Source of the DNA: Oscillospiraceae bacterium
GTDB lineage: Bacteria; Bacillota; Clostridia; Christensenellales; Aristaeellaceae
NCBI GenBank assembly: GCA_031269355.1
Contig: JAISZG010000027.1
Location: 566-64,565, forward strand
DNA length: 64,000 nt
Reading direction: 5' to 3'
Shown here: in pieces, positions 18,881 to 27,524 of the stretch
How the letters are laid out: every line of letters begins with the position of its first letter
Position numbering within the stretch: the stretch's first letter is position 1
Made by a program: the position numbers and the translations under genes
The notes under the pieces: model-generated
What the model was told of the DNA's origin: nothing
Databases searched by the model: none
The model's input: the letters and a program-made list of their open reading frames with translations, nothing else

Positions 18881-19205
18881 TACACGACGACGGGAGCGAC
18901 AAAAATCGCTTCCGTTATTATTGTCGGTAATGTTTGCACCATAGTCAATAAGGTAGCCACAAAAATACGTGACGCGCGGGCAAAACATTGCCGGAGCCAG
19001 GGGCCGCGTCCCCCTCTATACCTATGGTGAGCGCTATAGCCCCCGCCGCGCAGCAGCGAGAGCCGTCGGCTTACGCTTTCAAAAGACGAGACGGCATATC
19101 TCGAAGAACTGTACAGGCCGCATAATGTCGCGGGAGCGTTGATCAAATAGGATTATATTAATAAGGTTTATGCATTCATAAGGCAAACAAGCCTTGGACG
19201 CAATA

Positions 19206-19257
19206 GCGGAGCGCGCGCCGACCCGAATTAAATGGGGCCGCGCGCCATACCCGCCAA
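19206..19257 (-). repeat. Copy A of the recurrent GC-rich element, overlapping the stop codon of the 325-aa ORF
   Basis: Minus-sense GGCGGGTATGGCGCGCGGCCCCATTTAATTCGGGTCGGCGCGCGCTCCGC. Confidence 0.6.
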
Positions 19258-20205
19258 GAAGGATCCCCCGAATCCCCGGATATTCAACATCTCCTCAAAT
19301 ATTCCCTTTGCCGAAGCGTCAAGCGCGTCAACATGAAGTATCACCGACTTGGCGTTAAGCATCAACCCTCTGTCGTCTACATACTTCTCCCGCGATACCT
19401 GCAGCTTCTTGCTCGCGCGATACCATATAAACGTGTTCTGCCCCGATTCCACCATATAGGGCAAATCCTTCTCCCACCATGGCGCGGATGTCTCCCGATG
19501 CCGCGCGCGGTCAGAACGCCTAACGCGCCTTCTTTCCCCTTCCACAGGCGGCGGCGCGCCGTCTATCGCCTCCATTATCCCCACCAGCACCGGAATAACC
19601 CGCTCCGTCAGCAGCCGCGCGCTAACCTCCACCGAGGCGGTCTCAAGCACAAGCCCCTCCGCGTCCTGCGCGGTCGTTTCCGATATAACAAGCAGCCCCT
19701 GCGCCCGGCTCCACTGAAGCGTGTTATACATATTCGATATCACAAGCGGCTCGCTTGCGCCAAGAATCCTTACGCGCCGCGCGTACGGCGAGTGAATATT
19801 CGGCGCGCGCTTCTTCGAACCGCCGCGCAACCGCTCGGGCTTGCGGCTAGCGCCCGCGCCGGTTAAAGAGAAGCGCGGCCTGCGAAGCTCCGGTATCGAA
19901 CGAGCGGGCGCGTCGGATGGCGCGTCTGCGCGGTCGTCGGACTGCTCGTAATCAAAATCATATTCCTGAGAATACGCCGGTTCGTCGGGATCATCCTCGC
20001 CCTCTAAAGGATGGAAATCCGGTACAAGCGTATGCCACCATCTCAAAAGCCTGTCATGCATTTTTTCGCCGGGCACGGGCATATCCTCCGCGCCTTCCTC
20101 CGGCTCGAAGTCGTCGGGCGACAGCCAGCTTTTGACCGCGCGCAGGCCGCTTGACGCGTGCCGGCGCAGCGCGTCGGTGAATTTCCGTTTATCATCGTCA
20201 GGCAT
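19228..20205 (-). CDS. Hypothetical 325-aa protein (acidic disordered N-half, basic linker, globular C-half)
   Basis: Long ORF with a host-like GC-rich third-position pattern, 99 nt downstream of the topoisomerase A gene. I recognise no motif. Confidence 0.6.
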   Translation of the reverse strand: MPDDDKRKFTDALRRHASSGLRAVKSWLSPDDFEPEEGAEDMPVPGEKMHDRLLRWWHTLVPDFHPLEGEDDPDEPAYSQEYDFDYEQSDDRADAPSDAPARSIPELRRPRFSLTGAGASRKPERLRGGSKKRAPNIHSPYARRVRILGASEPLVISNMYNTLQWSRAQGLLVISETTAQDAEGLVLETASVEVSARLLTERVIPVLVGIMEAIDGAPPPVEGERRRVRRSDRARHRETSAPWWEKDLPYMVESGQNTFIWYRASKKLQVSREKYVDDRGLMLNAKSVILHVDALDASAKGIFEEMLNIRGFGGSFLAGMARGPI

Positions 20206-20304
20206 AGGTTATCCCCCGTTATAACTGGAAACAAATTCCGCAAATCCTACTTATTCGACGATATGCGCGCGCGTATTCTTCCCGCAGCTTACGCGTCCGC
20301 CGAT

Positions 20305-22794
20305 TTACGATTCCAGCGGAACGACGGCGACTATGGGCCGCTCCGCCGGTATCAGCGCCGCCGCGTGCCCCCTGCCCGAGCGGCTGGCCAGCGGCACCTC
20401 CTGCGTGGACAGCCGCGCGCAAAGCCCGGCGCCGGTGAACGCGCCGACGTCGTACGAATTTGTAACGTGCATCGCCTGCGCCAGGCGCGTTCCGTCCGCG
20501 CCGCTTTTCCCGAAAGATATGCAGCGCGCGCCCTTCCCGCCTCGGCTTTGCGGCTCAAAATCCGCGACGAGTATCCGCTTCGCGTACGCTCTGTCCGTCA
20601 TAATCAGCAGCTCGCCCTCGCCTGGTGGAATGAGCAACGCGTCCAGCAACTGATCGCGGGGATCGAATCGCATTCCGATAACGCCCGCTGAAATGCGCCC
20701 CGAAGGCTCGATCGACGCGGGATCGCTGAGCAGCGCCATCCCTTGTATGCTTACCATCAACAGCATCTGCGGCATATCTTCCCGCAGCTCGAGCACTGCG
20801 GCTAGCTCGTCGCCGACGCGAAGCTTTATCGCCACTATCTTCGATTTGCGGACGCGGTATTCCTGAAACGCCGTGCGCTTTATCATTCCGCGCCGCGTCA
20901 CGAAAAGCAGATCCGGCATAGCCTCCCCGTCGCCCGCGCGAACGCAAAGCGCGCGAACCACCGCCTCGTTTTCCTCCAGCCCCGCGAGCAGCGCGCTTAG
21001 ATTCGCGCCGCGATCCCTGGGCTTTACGGCCTCCGGCAGGCTCGACACCGGCAAGCGATACATATTGCCAACGTTCGTGAATAATAAAAGAATATCGTCC
21101 ATCTTCGTATCGAAGCGAGCCAGCGGCATTTCCGACAGCGACGGAGTTTCTGCCTGCGCTTTATCCCGCCCTATCCCGCCGCCCTTCGCGGTAACCGGAA
21201 GACGCTTTACCGCCCCGCCGCGCGTGATCAATACGCGCGTAGGTTCGGCTTCGGGCTGCTCCGGAGCTTCTTCTATTATATCATTCGGCGGCGCGATTAT
21301 CTCCGTGCGCCGAGGGTTCGCGAACCGCTTCGCTATATCGCTTAGTTCTGATTGAATAAGCTTGCGCAGCTTGGATTCGCTGGTCAGTATCGATTGCAGC
21401 TTATCGATTTGCTTGCGCAGCTGATCCAGCTCGCCGCGCAGTTCCAGGATTTCAAGGCCGGTCAGCCGCTGCAATCGCAAATCGAGTATCGCCTGCGCCT
21501 GGATCTCGGTAAACTGGAATCGCTCGACGAGGCGCCGTTTCGCTTCCTTCGCGTCGCGGGACGAGCGAATCAGCGCGATGATCTCGTCCAGGCAATCCAC
21601 CGCGCGTATAAGCCCTTCCAGGATATGCGCCCGCGCGCGCGCCTTCTCCAGATCGTAGCGTATCCTCCGCGTCAGCACTCGCTTTTGATGCTCTATATAT
21701 GCGTCTATCAACCCGAGCAAGCCCATCTGGCGCGGCTTGCCGTCCGCGATAACGAATATGTTCACCCCGAACGTTATCTGCAAATCTGTATATTTATATA
21801 ACAGTGCAAGCGTACGGGCGGGGTCTGCCTCGCGCTTCAGCTCCACGACCGCGCGCAGCCCGTCGCGATCAGATTCGTCGCGTATATCGTGTATGCATGT
21901 GCCAAGCGAGCGCTTCTCCTCGCTCGCCTTTAGGATTTTCTCCAGCAGCGCGGCCTTCGCGATTTGGTATGGCATCTCCGTTATCACTATTTGCTTGCGC
22001 CCGGCGGATGCGTCCTCTATATGCGCCCGCGCGCGAAGCTGAATCTTTGCGCGGCCGGTTTGATACGCCGCGCGAATTTCGTCGGTTTTAAGCAGCTGCC
22101 CGCCGGTTGGAAAATCGGGGCCGGGCATAATATTCATCAGCTCGTCCAGCGTCATTCCCGGCTTGTCGATGCGCGCGATAACCGCCGCTATCGCCTCGCC
22201 AAGGTTATGCGGCGGAATATTGGTAGCCAGCCCGACCGCGATTCCGCTCGATCCGTTCACCAGCAGGTTTGGATATCGGCTTGGCAGTATCTCCGGCTCC
22301 TTCAGCGTATCGTCGAAATTCAGCCGCAGCGGCACCGTATCCTTTTCCAGGTCGCGCAGCATTTCCATGGCCAGCGGGGTAAGCCGCGCCTCGGTATATC
22401 GCATCGCTGCGGCGGAATCGTTGTCGATCGATCCAAAGTTGCCGTGCCCGTCCACCAGCGGCGCGCGCATAGCGTACGGCTGCGCAAGCCGCACCATCGC
22501 GTCGTATACGGAGGAATCGCCATGCGGGTGGAATTTTCCTAGACAATCGCCTACGATGCGCACGGATTTACGATGCGGCTTATCAGGAGACAGGCCAAGT
22601 TCCAGCATCGTATAAAGTATCCGCCGCTGCACGGGCTTCAGCCCGTCCTCCACGCGGGGCAGCGCGCGATCGAGTATAACATGCTCCGCGTACGGTATCA
22701 TAGCGTCGCGAAGCACGTCCTCCAACCCTGCGGGCTGAATTCGCTCGCCGGGCGTTTCGGGAATCGTCGGCGGTTTTACCGGGCGTTTTGGCAT
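20305..22794 (-). CDS. Type IIA topoisomerase subunit A (GyrA/ParC family; features lean ParC-like)
   Basis: Catalytic [10 protein letters not shown]. 829 aa with a beta-pinwheel CTD. The canonical GyrA-box position reads TAKGGGIG rather than QRRGGKG; a QSRGGKG occurs only in a late blade. Confidence 0.9.
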   Translation of the reverse strand: MPKRPVKPPTIPETPGERIQPAGLEDVLRDAMIPYAEHVILDRALPRVEDGLKPVQRRILYTMLELGLSPDKPHRKSVRIVGDCLGKFHPHGDSSVYDAMVRLAQPYAMRAPLVDGHGNFGSIDNDSAAAMRYTEARLTPLAMEMLRDLEKDTVPLRLNFDDTLKEPEILPSRYPNLLVNGSSGIAVGLATNIPPHNLGEAIAAVIARIDKPGMTLDELMNIMPGPDFPTGGQLLKTDEIRAAYQTGRAKIQLRARAHIEDASAGRKQIVITEMPYQIAKAALLEKILKASEEKRSLGTCIHDIRDESDRDGLRAVVELKREADPARTLALLYKYTDLQITFGVNIFVIADGKPRQMGLLGLIDAYIEHQKRVLTRRIRYDLEKARARAHILEGLIRAVDCLDEIIALIRSSRDAKEAKRRLVERFQFTEIQAQAILDLRLQRLTGLEILELRGELDQLRKQIDKLQSILTSESKLRKLIQSELSDIAKRFANPRRTEIIAPPNDIIEEAPEQPEAEPTRVLITRGGAVKRLPVTAKGGGIGRDKAQAETPSLSEMPLARFDTKMDDILLLFTNVGNMYRLPVSSLPEAVKPRDRGANLSALLAGLEENEAVVRALCVRAGDGEAMPDLLFVTRRGMIKRTAFQEYRVRKSKIVAIKLRVGDELAAVLELREDMPQMLLMVSIQGMALLSDPASIEPSGRISAGVIGMRFDPRDQLLDALLIPPGEGELLIMTDRAYAKRILVADFEPQSRGGKGARCISFGKSGADGTRLAQAMHVTNSYDVGAFTGAGLCARLSTQEVPLASRSGRGHAAALIPAERPIVAVVPLES

Positions 22795-22847
22795 ATCAAC
22801 TCGTCTCCATCAACAGTTTAAACGGCGGCTGAGGCGTGATAATCTTC

Positions 22848-24803
22848 TCAAACGAATTTTTCGAACGAATCCTCGCGGTTAAAATTCGCGTGACGTATGA
22901 TAAACTCGCGGCGCGGATCGACCCTATCGCCCATCAGCAGGCTTACCATGCGTTCGGCGTCGGCGGCGTCGTCAAGCGTAACCTGCAGCAGCTTGCGATT
23001 TTTTGGATTCATGGTGGTTTCCCAAAGCTGTTCGGGGTTCATCTCGCCCAGGCCTTTATATCGCTGTATCGTATAGTCCCTGCCGGACGCGTTTGTCAGT
23101 CGGCGCAGCTCCGTATCGTCGTACGCGTAGCGGGTGGTGCTCCCACGCTGCACGCGATAGAGCGGCGGCAGGCCTATATAAACATGCCCGCGCGCTACAA
23201 GGGGGCGCATATATCTAAAGAAAAACGTCAGCAATATCGCGCGGATATGCGCGCCGTCCTGATCCGCGTCGGATAGGATTATCACCCTGTGATATTTCAG
23301 CGCGGCGGTTTGAAAATCCTCACCCACGCCCGCGCCGAGCGCTGTGATAAGCGAGCGGAACTCCTCGTTGCCCAGCACTTTGTCCAGCTGCTTGCGCTCC
23401 ACGTTCAGCGGCTTGCCCCTCAGCGGCAGTATCGCCTGGAACCTGCGGTCGCGGCCTTGCTTGGCGGAACCGCCCGCAGAGTCGCCCTCCACTATCAGCA
23501 GCTCGTTTTCCTCCGCGCGCCGTCCGGTGCAGCTGGCGAGCTTGCCCACCAGCGGCGCGGCTTCCAGCTGATTCTTCTGCCGCGCCAGATCGCGAGCTTT
23601 ACGCGCGGCGTCGCGCACCTTTGCCGCGCGCGCGGCTTTTTCCACGATCGCCAGCGCGACCTCCGCGTTTTTCAGATCTTCCAGATACGCGGACATCTTC
23701 CCGAATATCATAGCCTCGATAATCGGGCGCACCTCCGTGTTGCCCAGCCGGCTTTTCGTTTGCCCCTCAAACTGCGGATTGGGCACGTATACGGACAGGC
23801 ACGCGGTTATCCCCTCGCGGGTATCCTCGCCGCTGAGGTTTGGATCCTTATCCTTCAGCGCGCCAATCTTGCGCGCGTATTCGTTAAACGCCTTTGTAAA
23901 TCCCGCGCGAAAGCCGGCCTCGTGCGAGCCCCCCTCGCCGGTGGGAATATTGTTTACATATGAGAAAAGATTCTCCGTGTATCCGTCGGTATATTGAATC
24001 GCGACGGACATGCGCACCCCTTGATTTACCTCGTCGAACACGATGGGGTGGGGATGCGTCGTCGTTTTATCCCGGTTGAGGTCGGCCACCAGGTCGGCGA
24101 TGCCGCCGTCATATAAATATACGGATTCGCGCTGCTCGGGATCGCTCGCGGTTTCGTCTACGAACGCGACGCGCAGCCCTTTATTCAGATACGCGAGGTC
24201 GCGAAGGCGCCGCCGCACTTGTTCGCTTTGGAATCGGCAATCCTCAAAAATCGTGTCGTCAGGCAAAAACCGCACGGTCGTGCCGCGCTGCCTGGTGCCG
24301 GATACGCGCACAAGCGGCGTTACCGGCTTTCCCGCGTCCGTCTTTTGCGTGGCGGGGTTATACGCGCTTTCAAAGCGCATGCGGTAGTGCGAGCCGTCCA
24401 GGTATACGTCCGCCTGCAGCCACCGCGACAGCGCGTTCACCACGGACGCGCCGACGCCGTGCAGCCCGCCGGAATATTGATATTGCTCGTGATTGAATTT
24501 TCCGCCAGCGTGCAGCTTTGTAAATATAACCTCCAAGCCCGACACGCCAAGCTGCGGATGCGGGTCGACGGGCAAGCCGCGTCCGTTATCCTCCACGGAC
24601 GCGCTGCCGTCCGCGTGCAACGTTACGGTTATGCGGTCCGCGTAGCCGTTGCACGCCTCGTCTATCGCGTTGTCTACGATTTCCCATAATAGGTAATGCA
24701 GCCCGCGCGAGCCTGTGGAGCCAACGTACATGCCTGGCCGAACGCGAACGGCTTCCAGCCCCTCGAGAACCTGTATATCGCTTGAGTCATATTTTTTTGG
24801 CAT
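22848..24803 (-). CDS. Type IIA topoisomerase subunit B (GyrB/ParE family)
   Basis: GHKL ATPase N-terminus (LEGLEAVRVRPGMYVGST, EIVDNAIDEA) and Toprim EGDSAGGSAKQGRDRRFQAILPLRGK. Confidence 0.92.
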   Translation of the reverse strand: MPKKYDSSDIQVLEGLEAVRVRPGMYVGSTGSRGLHYLLWEIVDNAIDEACNGYADRITVTLHADGSASVEDNGRGLPVDPHPQLGVSGLEVIFTKLHAGGKFNHEQYQYSGGLHGVGASVVNALSRWLQADVYLDGSHYRMRFESAYNPATQKTDAGKPVTPLVRVSGTRQRGTTVRFLPDDTIFEDCRFQSEQVRRRLRDLAYLNKGLRVAFVDETASDPEQRESVYLYDGGIADLVADLNRDKTTTHPHPIVFDEVNQGVRMSVAIQYTDGYTENLFSYVNNIPTGEGGSHEAGFRAGFTKAFNEYARKIGALKDKDPNLSGEDTREGITACLSVYVPNPQFEGQTKSRLGNTEVRPIIEAMIFGKMSAYLEDLKNAEVALAIVEKAARAAKVRDAARKARDLARQKNQLEAAPLVGKLASCTGRRAEENELLIVEGDSAGGSAKQGRDRRFQAILPLRGKPLNVERKQLDKVLGNEEFRSLITALGAGVGEDFQTAALKYHRVIILSDADQDGAHIRAILLTFFFRYMRPLVARGHVYIGLPPLYRVQRGSTTRYAYDDTELRRLTNASGRDYTIQRYKGLGEMNPEQLWETTMNPKNRKLLQVTLDDAADAERMVSLLMGDRVDPRREFIIRHANFNREDSFEKFV

Positions 24804-24949
24804 CAAGTTCCTCTATTTATATATTTTGGGTTTTGTATGGATTTATATGTATGCATATGATATATATTCTATTCGTGGTTGAATTGTACAATATTTTTTG
24901 GGATTGGTCAAATGGAGAGCGAAATCATTTACTCTCATATAGCGGTATG

Positions 24950-24978
24950 TTGACAACGTACATTTTGCATAGTACAAT
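24950..24978 (+). promoter_or_regulatory. Near-consensus sigma-A promoter for the LplBCA-type operon
   Basis: TTGACA (24950-24955), 17-nt spacer, TACAAT (24973-24978). Confidence 0.7.
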
Positions 24979-24993
24979 TAAACAAATTGTTAA

Positions 24994-25012
24994 TCGATTT
25001 CGCAGCGAAATC
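24994..25012. promoter_or_regulatory. Perfect 19-bp palindrome just downstream of the predicted start site (candidate operator)
   Basis: CGATTTCGC-A-GCGAAATCG. The 1-nt centre makes a DNA operator more likely than an RNA hairpin. Confidence 0.55.
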
Positions 25013-25035
25013 GGTCAATCTATTGTACAAGCTCT

Positions 25036-26544
25036 ATGCTCTGGAAGGCTGTGCCCTGTATGGCTGATTTTACTCTCGCTAAACGCCGACCGAATCCTTC
25101 GTCTCAAAACGGCGTAAGTCCCTGGCTGCTGCTTCCGCTTCGTATCGTCGCCGTGCTAGGCGCGGCGGGATTGTTTATTCCCGTAGGCAACCCGGTTCGC
25201 CTGAGCAGCCTTATCAGCGCGAATACATCTCTGTTTACCTGCGCCGTTTCTTATGCCGCAGTGGTTGAACCATTCACCCGCGCGTTGCTTCGGGGATGGA
25301 TTGACGCCGCGTCGCTGAAGTTTACGTACGCAGCCGCGCTGCTGCTCGCGCTCTCCTGCGCCGGACTTACCGCCGGGGTGTGCTTGTCGCTAGGGAATCT
25401 GCGTTTAAAAAGGCTAGGTTTCACGGTAACGCTCGCTTCGTCCGCTGCGGGCGCCGCCGCCGCGCTGTCGCTGTTTGCTTTGGCGGCGCGGTTTCGGGGC
25501 GCCGCCGACGTCGGGCGCATCGAACCGCTGCTCCCCGTCGGAATATGGGTATATCTCGGCGTATTCGCCGCGACGGGCACGCTCGCGTTCGCCACGCTGC
25601 GCACAGCCGAAAGGCCGCTGCCGGGCGAAGAATATCAAATGCCCGCCAGATACGCGTTGTTTCTAATGGCGCTGCCGTTCTTCGCATTGACTGTTGTGTT
25701 CTCATACCTTCCTCTTCTGGGCTGGCGGTATGCGTTCTACGACTACAAGCCCGGCTTCGCGCTGACGCCCGACCGGTTCGTGGGATTCAAGTGGTTCGGC
25801 TTCCTTCTTCAGAACTCGGCCGGCCGCGCGGACATACTAAGAGTGCTGCGCAACACGCTGGTCATGAGCGGCATAGGCATCGCCACATCATGGCTGCCCA
25901 TGGTGTTCGCTATATTCCTGACTGAAATGAACCGCCTGGCTCCCCGCAAGCTTGTACAAACCATCACCACCATACCTAACTTCATCAGCTGGGTGCTTGT
26001 GTACGCGGTAGCATTCGCCATGTTCTCAACGGAGGGCTTTGTCAATTCCATGCTCATCCGGCTAGGCGTGATCACTACGGGGAGCAACTTCCTGATGAGC
26101 GCTAACAATATCTGGCTTAAGATGTGGCTTTGGGGAGTATGGAAGGGGCTGGGTTGGAGCGCCGTCATATACATCGCGTCCATATCCGGCATCGACCAGC
26201 AGTTATACGAAGCGGCGTCGATCGATGGGGCGGGCAGGTTCGCCAGGATGGGTCACATTACGCTGCCGGGGCTTATGCCCACGTTCTGCGTGCTGCTGCT
26301 GCTGGCCATCGCAAACGTGCTGTCCAACGGAATGGATCAGTATCTCGTGTTTCGTAACCAGATGAACAAGCAGCCGATCGAGGTGCTTGATCTTTACGTA
26401 TATACGCTGGGTCTGGCCTCGGGCGGAAATTCTAACATTTCGCTTGCGACGGTGGTCGGGATGTTCAAATCGCTGATCAGCGTTACGCTGCTGTTCGGCG
26501 CGAACAAAGCCTCGCAGTTGATCAGAGGGGAAGGGATCGTATGA
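25036..26544 (+). CDS. Carbohydrate ABC transporter permease (LplB-like) with an about 200-aa N-terminal polytopic extension
   Basis: The core from MPARYALFLMALPFFALTVVFSYLPLLGW (nt 25639) onward matches LplB/MalF-type permeases (EAA loop LYEAASIDGAGRFARMGHITLP). Residues 1-200 form extra hydrophobic segments. The start may be ATG 25060. Confidence 0.8.
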   Translation: MLWKAVPCMADFTLAKRRPNPSSQNGVSPWLLLPLRIVAVLGAAGLFIPVGNPVRLSSLISANTSLFTCAVSYAAVVEPFTRALLRGWIDAASLKFTYAAALLLALSCAGLTAGVCLSLGNLRLKRLGFTVTLASSAAGAAAALSLFALAARFRGAADVGRIEPLLPVGIWVYLGVFAATGTLAFATLRTAERPLPGEEYQMPARYALFLMALPFFALTVVFSYLPLLGWRYAFYDYKPGFALTPDRFVGFKWFGFLLQNSAGRADILRVLRNTLVMSGIGIATSWLPMVFAIFLTEMNRLAPRKLVQTITTIPNFISWVLVYAVAFAMFSTEGFVNSMLIRLGVITTGSNFLMSANNIWLKMWLWGVWKGLGWSAVIYIASISGIDQQLYEAASIDGAGRFARMGHITLPGLMPTFCVLLLLAIANVLSNGMDQYLVFRNQMNKQPIEVLDLYVYTLGLASGGNSNISLATVVGMFKSLISVTLLFGANKASQLIRGEGIV

Positions 26545-27473
26545 ACGCCATAACGCGTGCGCGGCACGCCGGATTCAAGCGCACGACGGGCGACGCGGTC
26601 TTCCACGCCGTCAACTATACCGTGTTCATGCTGTTTGCATTCGCGTGCCTGTTCCCATTTTATTATTTATTTATTAATACGATAAGTGATAACGAGTTGG
26701 TGCGGATCGGCGCGATCAAGCTGATTCCGCGCGGCGTTCATTTCAACAACTATGTCAAGCTGCTCTCCGTCTCCGATATAGGCCGCTCGCTCATAGTAAC
26801 GATCTACCGCACCGTATTGGGTACGGCGTTGATGGTGGCGGCCTCCGCGTTTATGGGATACCTCGTTACCAAGCAGGAAATGTTCGCCAGGCGCGTGGTG
26901 TATCGTGCGCTCGTGGCTACAATGTACTTCAACGCCGGGCTGATTCCATGGTTTCTGAACATGTCCATGCTCGGGCTAACCGGAAATTTCTGGGGGTACG
27001 TCATTCCGTCGATCGTCTCGCCGTTCAATATCATATTGGTTAAAACGTACGTGGAGTCGCTGCCCAAAGAGCTGGAAGAAAGCGCGACCATAGACGGGGC
27101 CTGGTATCCGACGGTGTTTCGGCGCATCGTGTTCCCGCTGTGCAAACCCGTATTGGCGACCATCGCCATATTCGGCGCGGTGGGTCACTGGAACAGCTTC
27201 ACCGATTCTATAATATTGATGTCAAGCCAGCCCAAGCTATACACCCTTCAGCACAGGCTATATATATACCTGAACAGCTCCAGCAACCTGGGCGCCCTCA
27301 TGAGCGCCGGAAGCGGCGGCACGATTTCAGAGAGCGCCATTGCCTCAACGCTAAACATGCGCACCATGCAGCTTACCGTCGCCATGGTAACCATACTGCC
27401 AATACTATTCGTATATCCATTTATGCAGCGGTATTTTCAGAAGGGAATAATGATCGGCGCGGTCAAGGGTTGA
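26541..27473 (+). CDS. Carbohydrate ABC transporter permease (LplC-like)
   Basis: EAA-loop-like ELEESATIDGAWYPTVFRRIVFPL; 4-nt overlap with the upstream permease. Confidence 0.85.
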   Translation: MNAITRARHAGFKRTTGDAVFHAVNYTVFMLFAFACLFPFYYLFINTISDNELVRIGAIKLIPRGVHFNNYVKLLSVSDIGRSLIVTIYRTVLGTALMVAASAFMGYLVTKQEMFARRVVYRALVATMYFNAGLIPWFLNMSMLGLTGNFWGYVIPSIVSPFNIILVKTYVESLPKELEESATIDGAWYPTVFRRIVFPLCKPVLATIAIFGAVGHWNSFTDSIILMSSQPKLYTLQHRLYIYLNSSSNLGALMSAGSGGTISESAIASTLNMRTMQLTVAMVTILPILFVYPFMQRYFQKGIMIGAVKG

Positions 27474-27524
27474 TCCTGGGCCGTTATGATATATCAAATC
27501 AATGGAACGCTAAGGAGGCTGCCC

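Noticed and set aside
18881-19227. ORFs 18811-19146 (-) and 18560-18988 (-) in the gap after the small membrane protein
   Set aside because: They have no RBS, odd composition and mutual overlap. The region is left as non-coding of unknown function.
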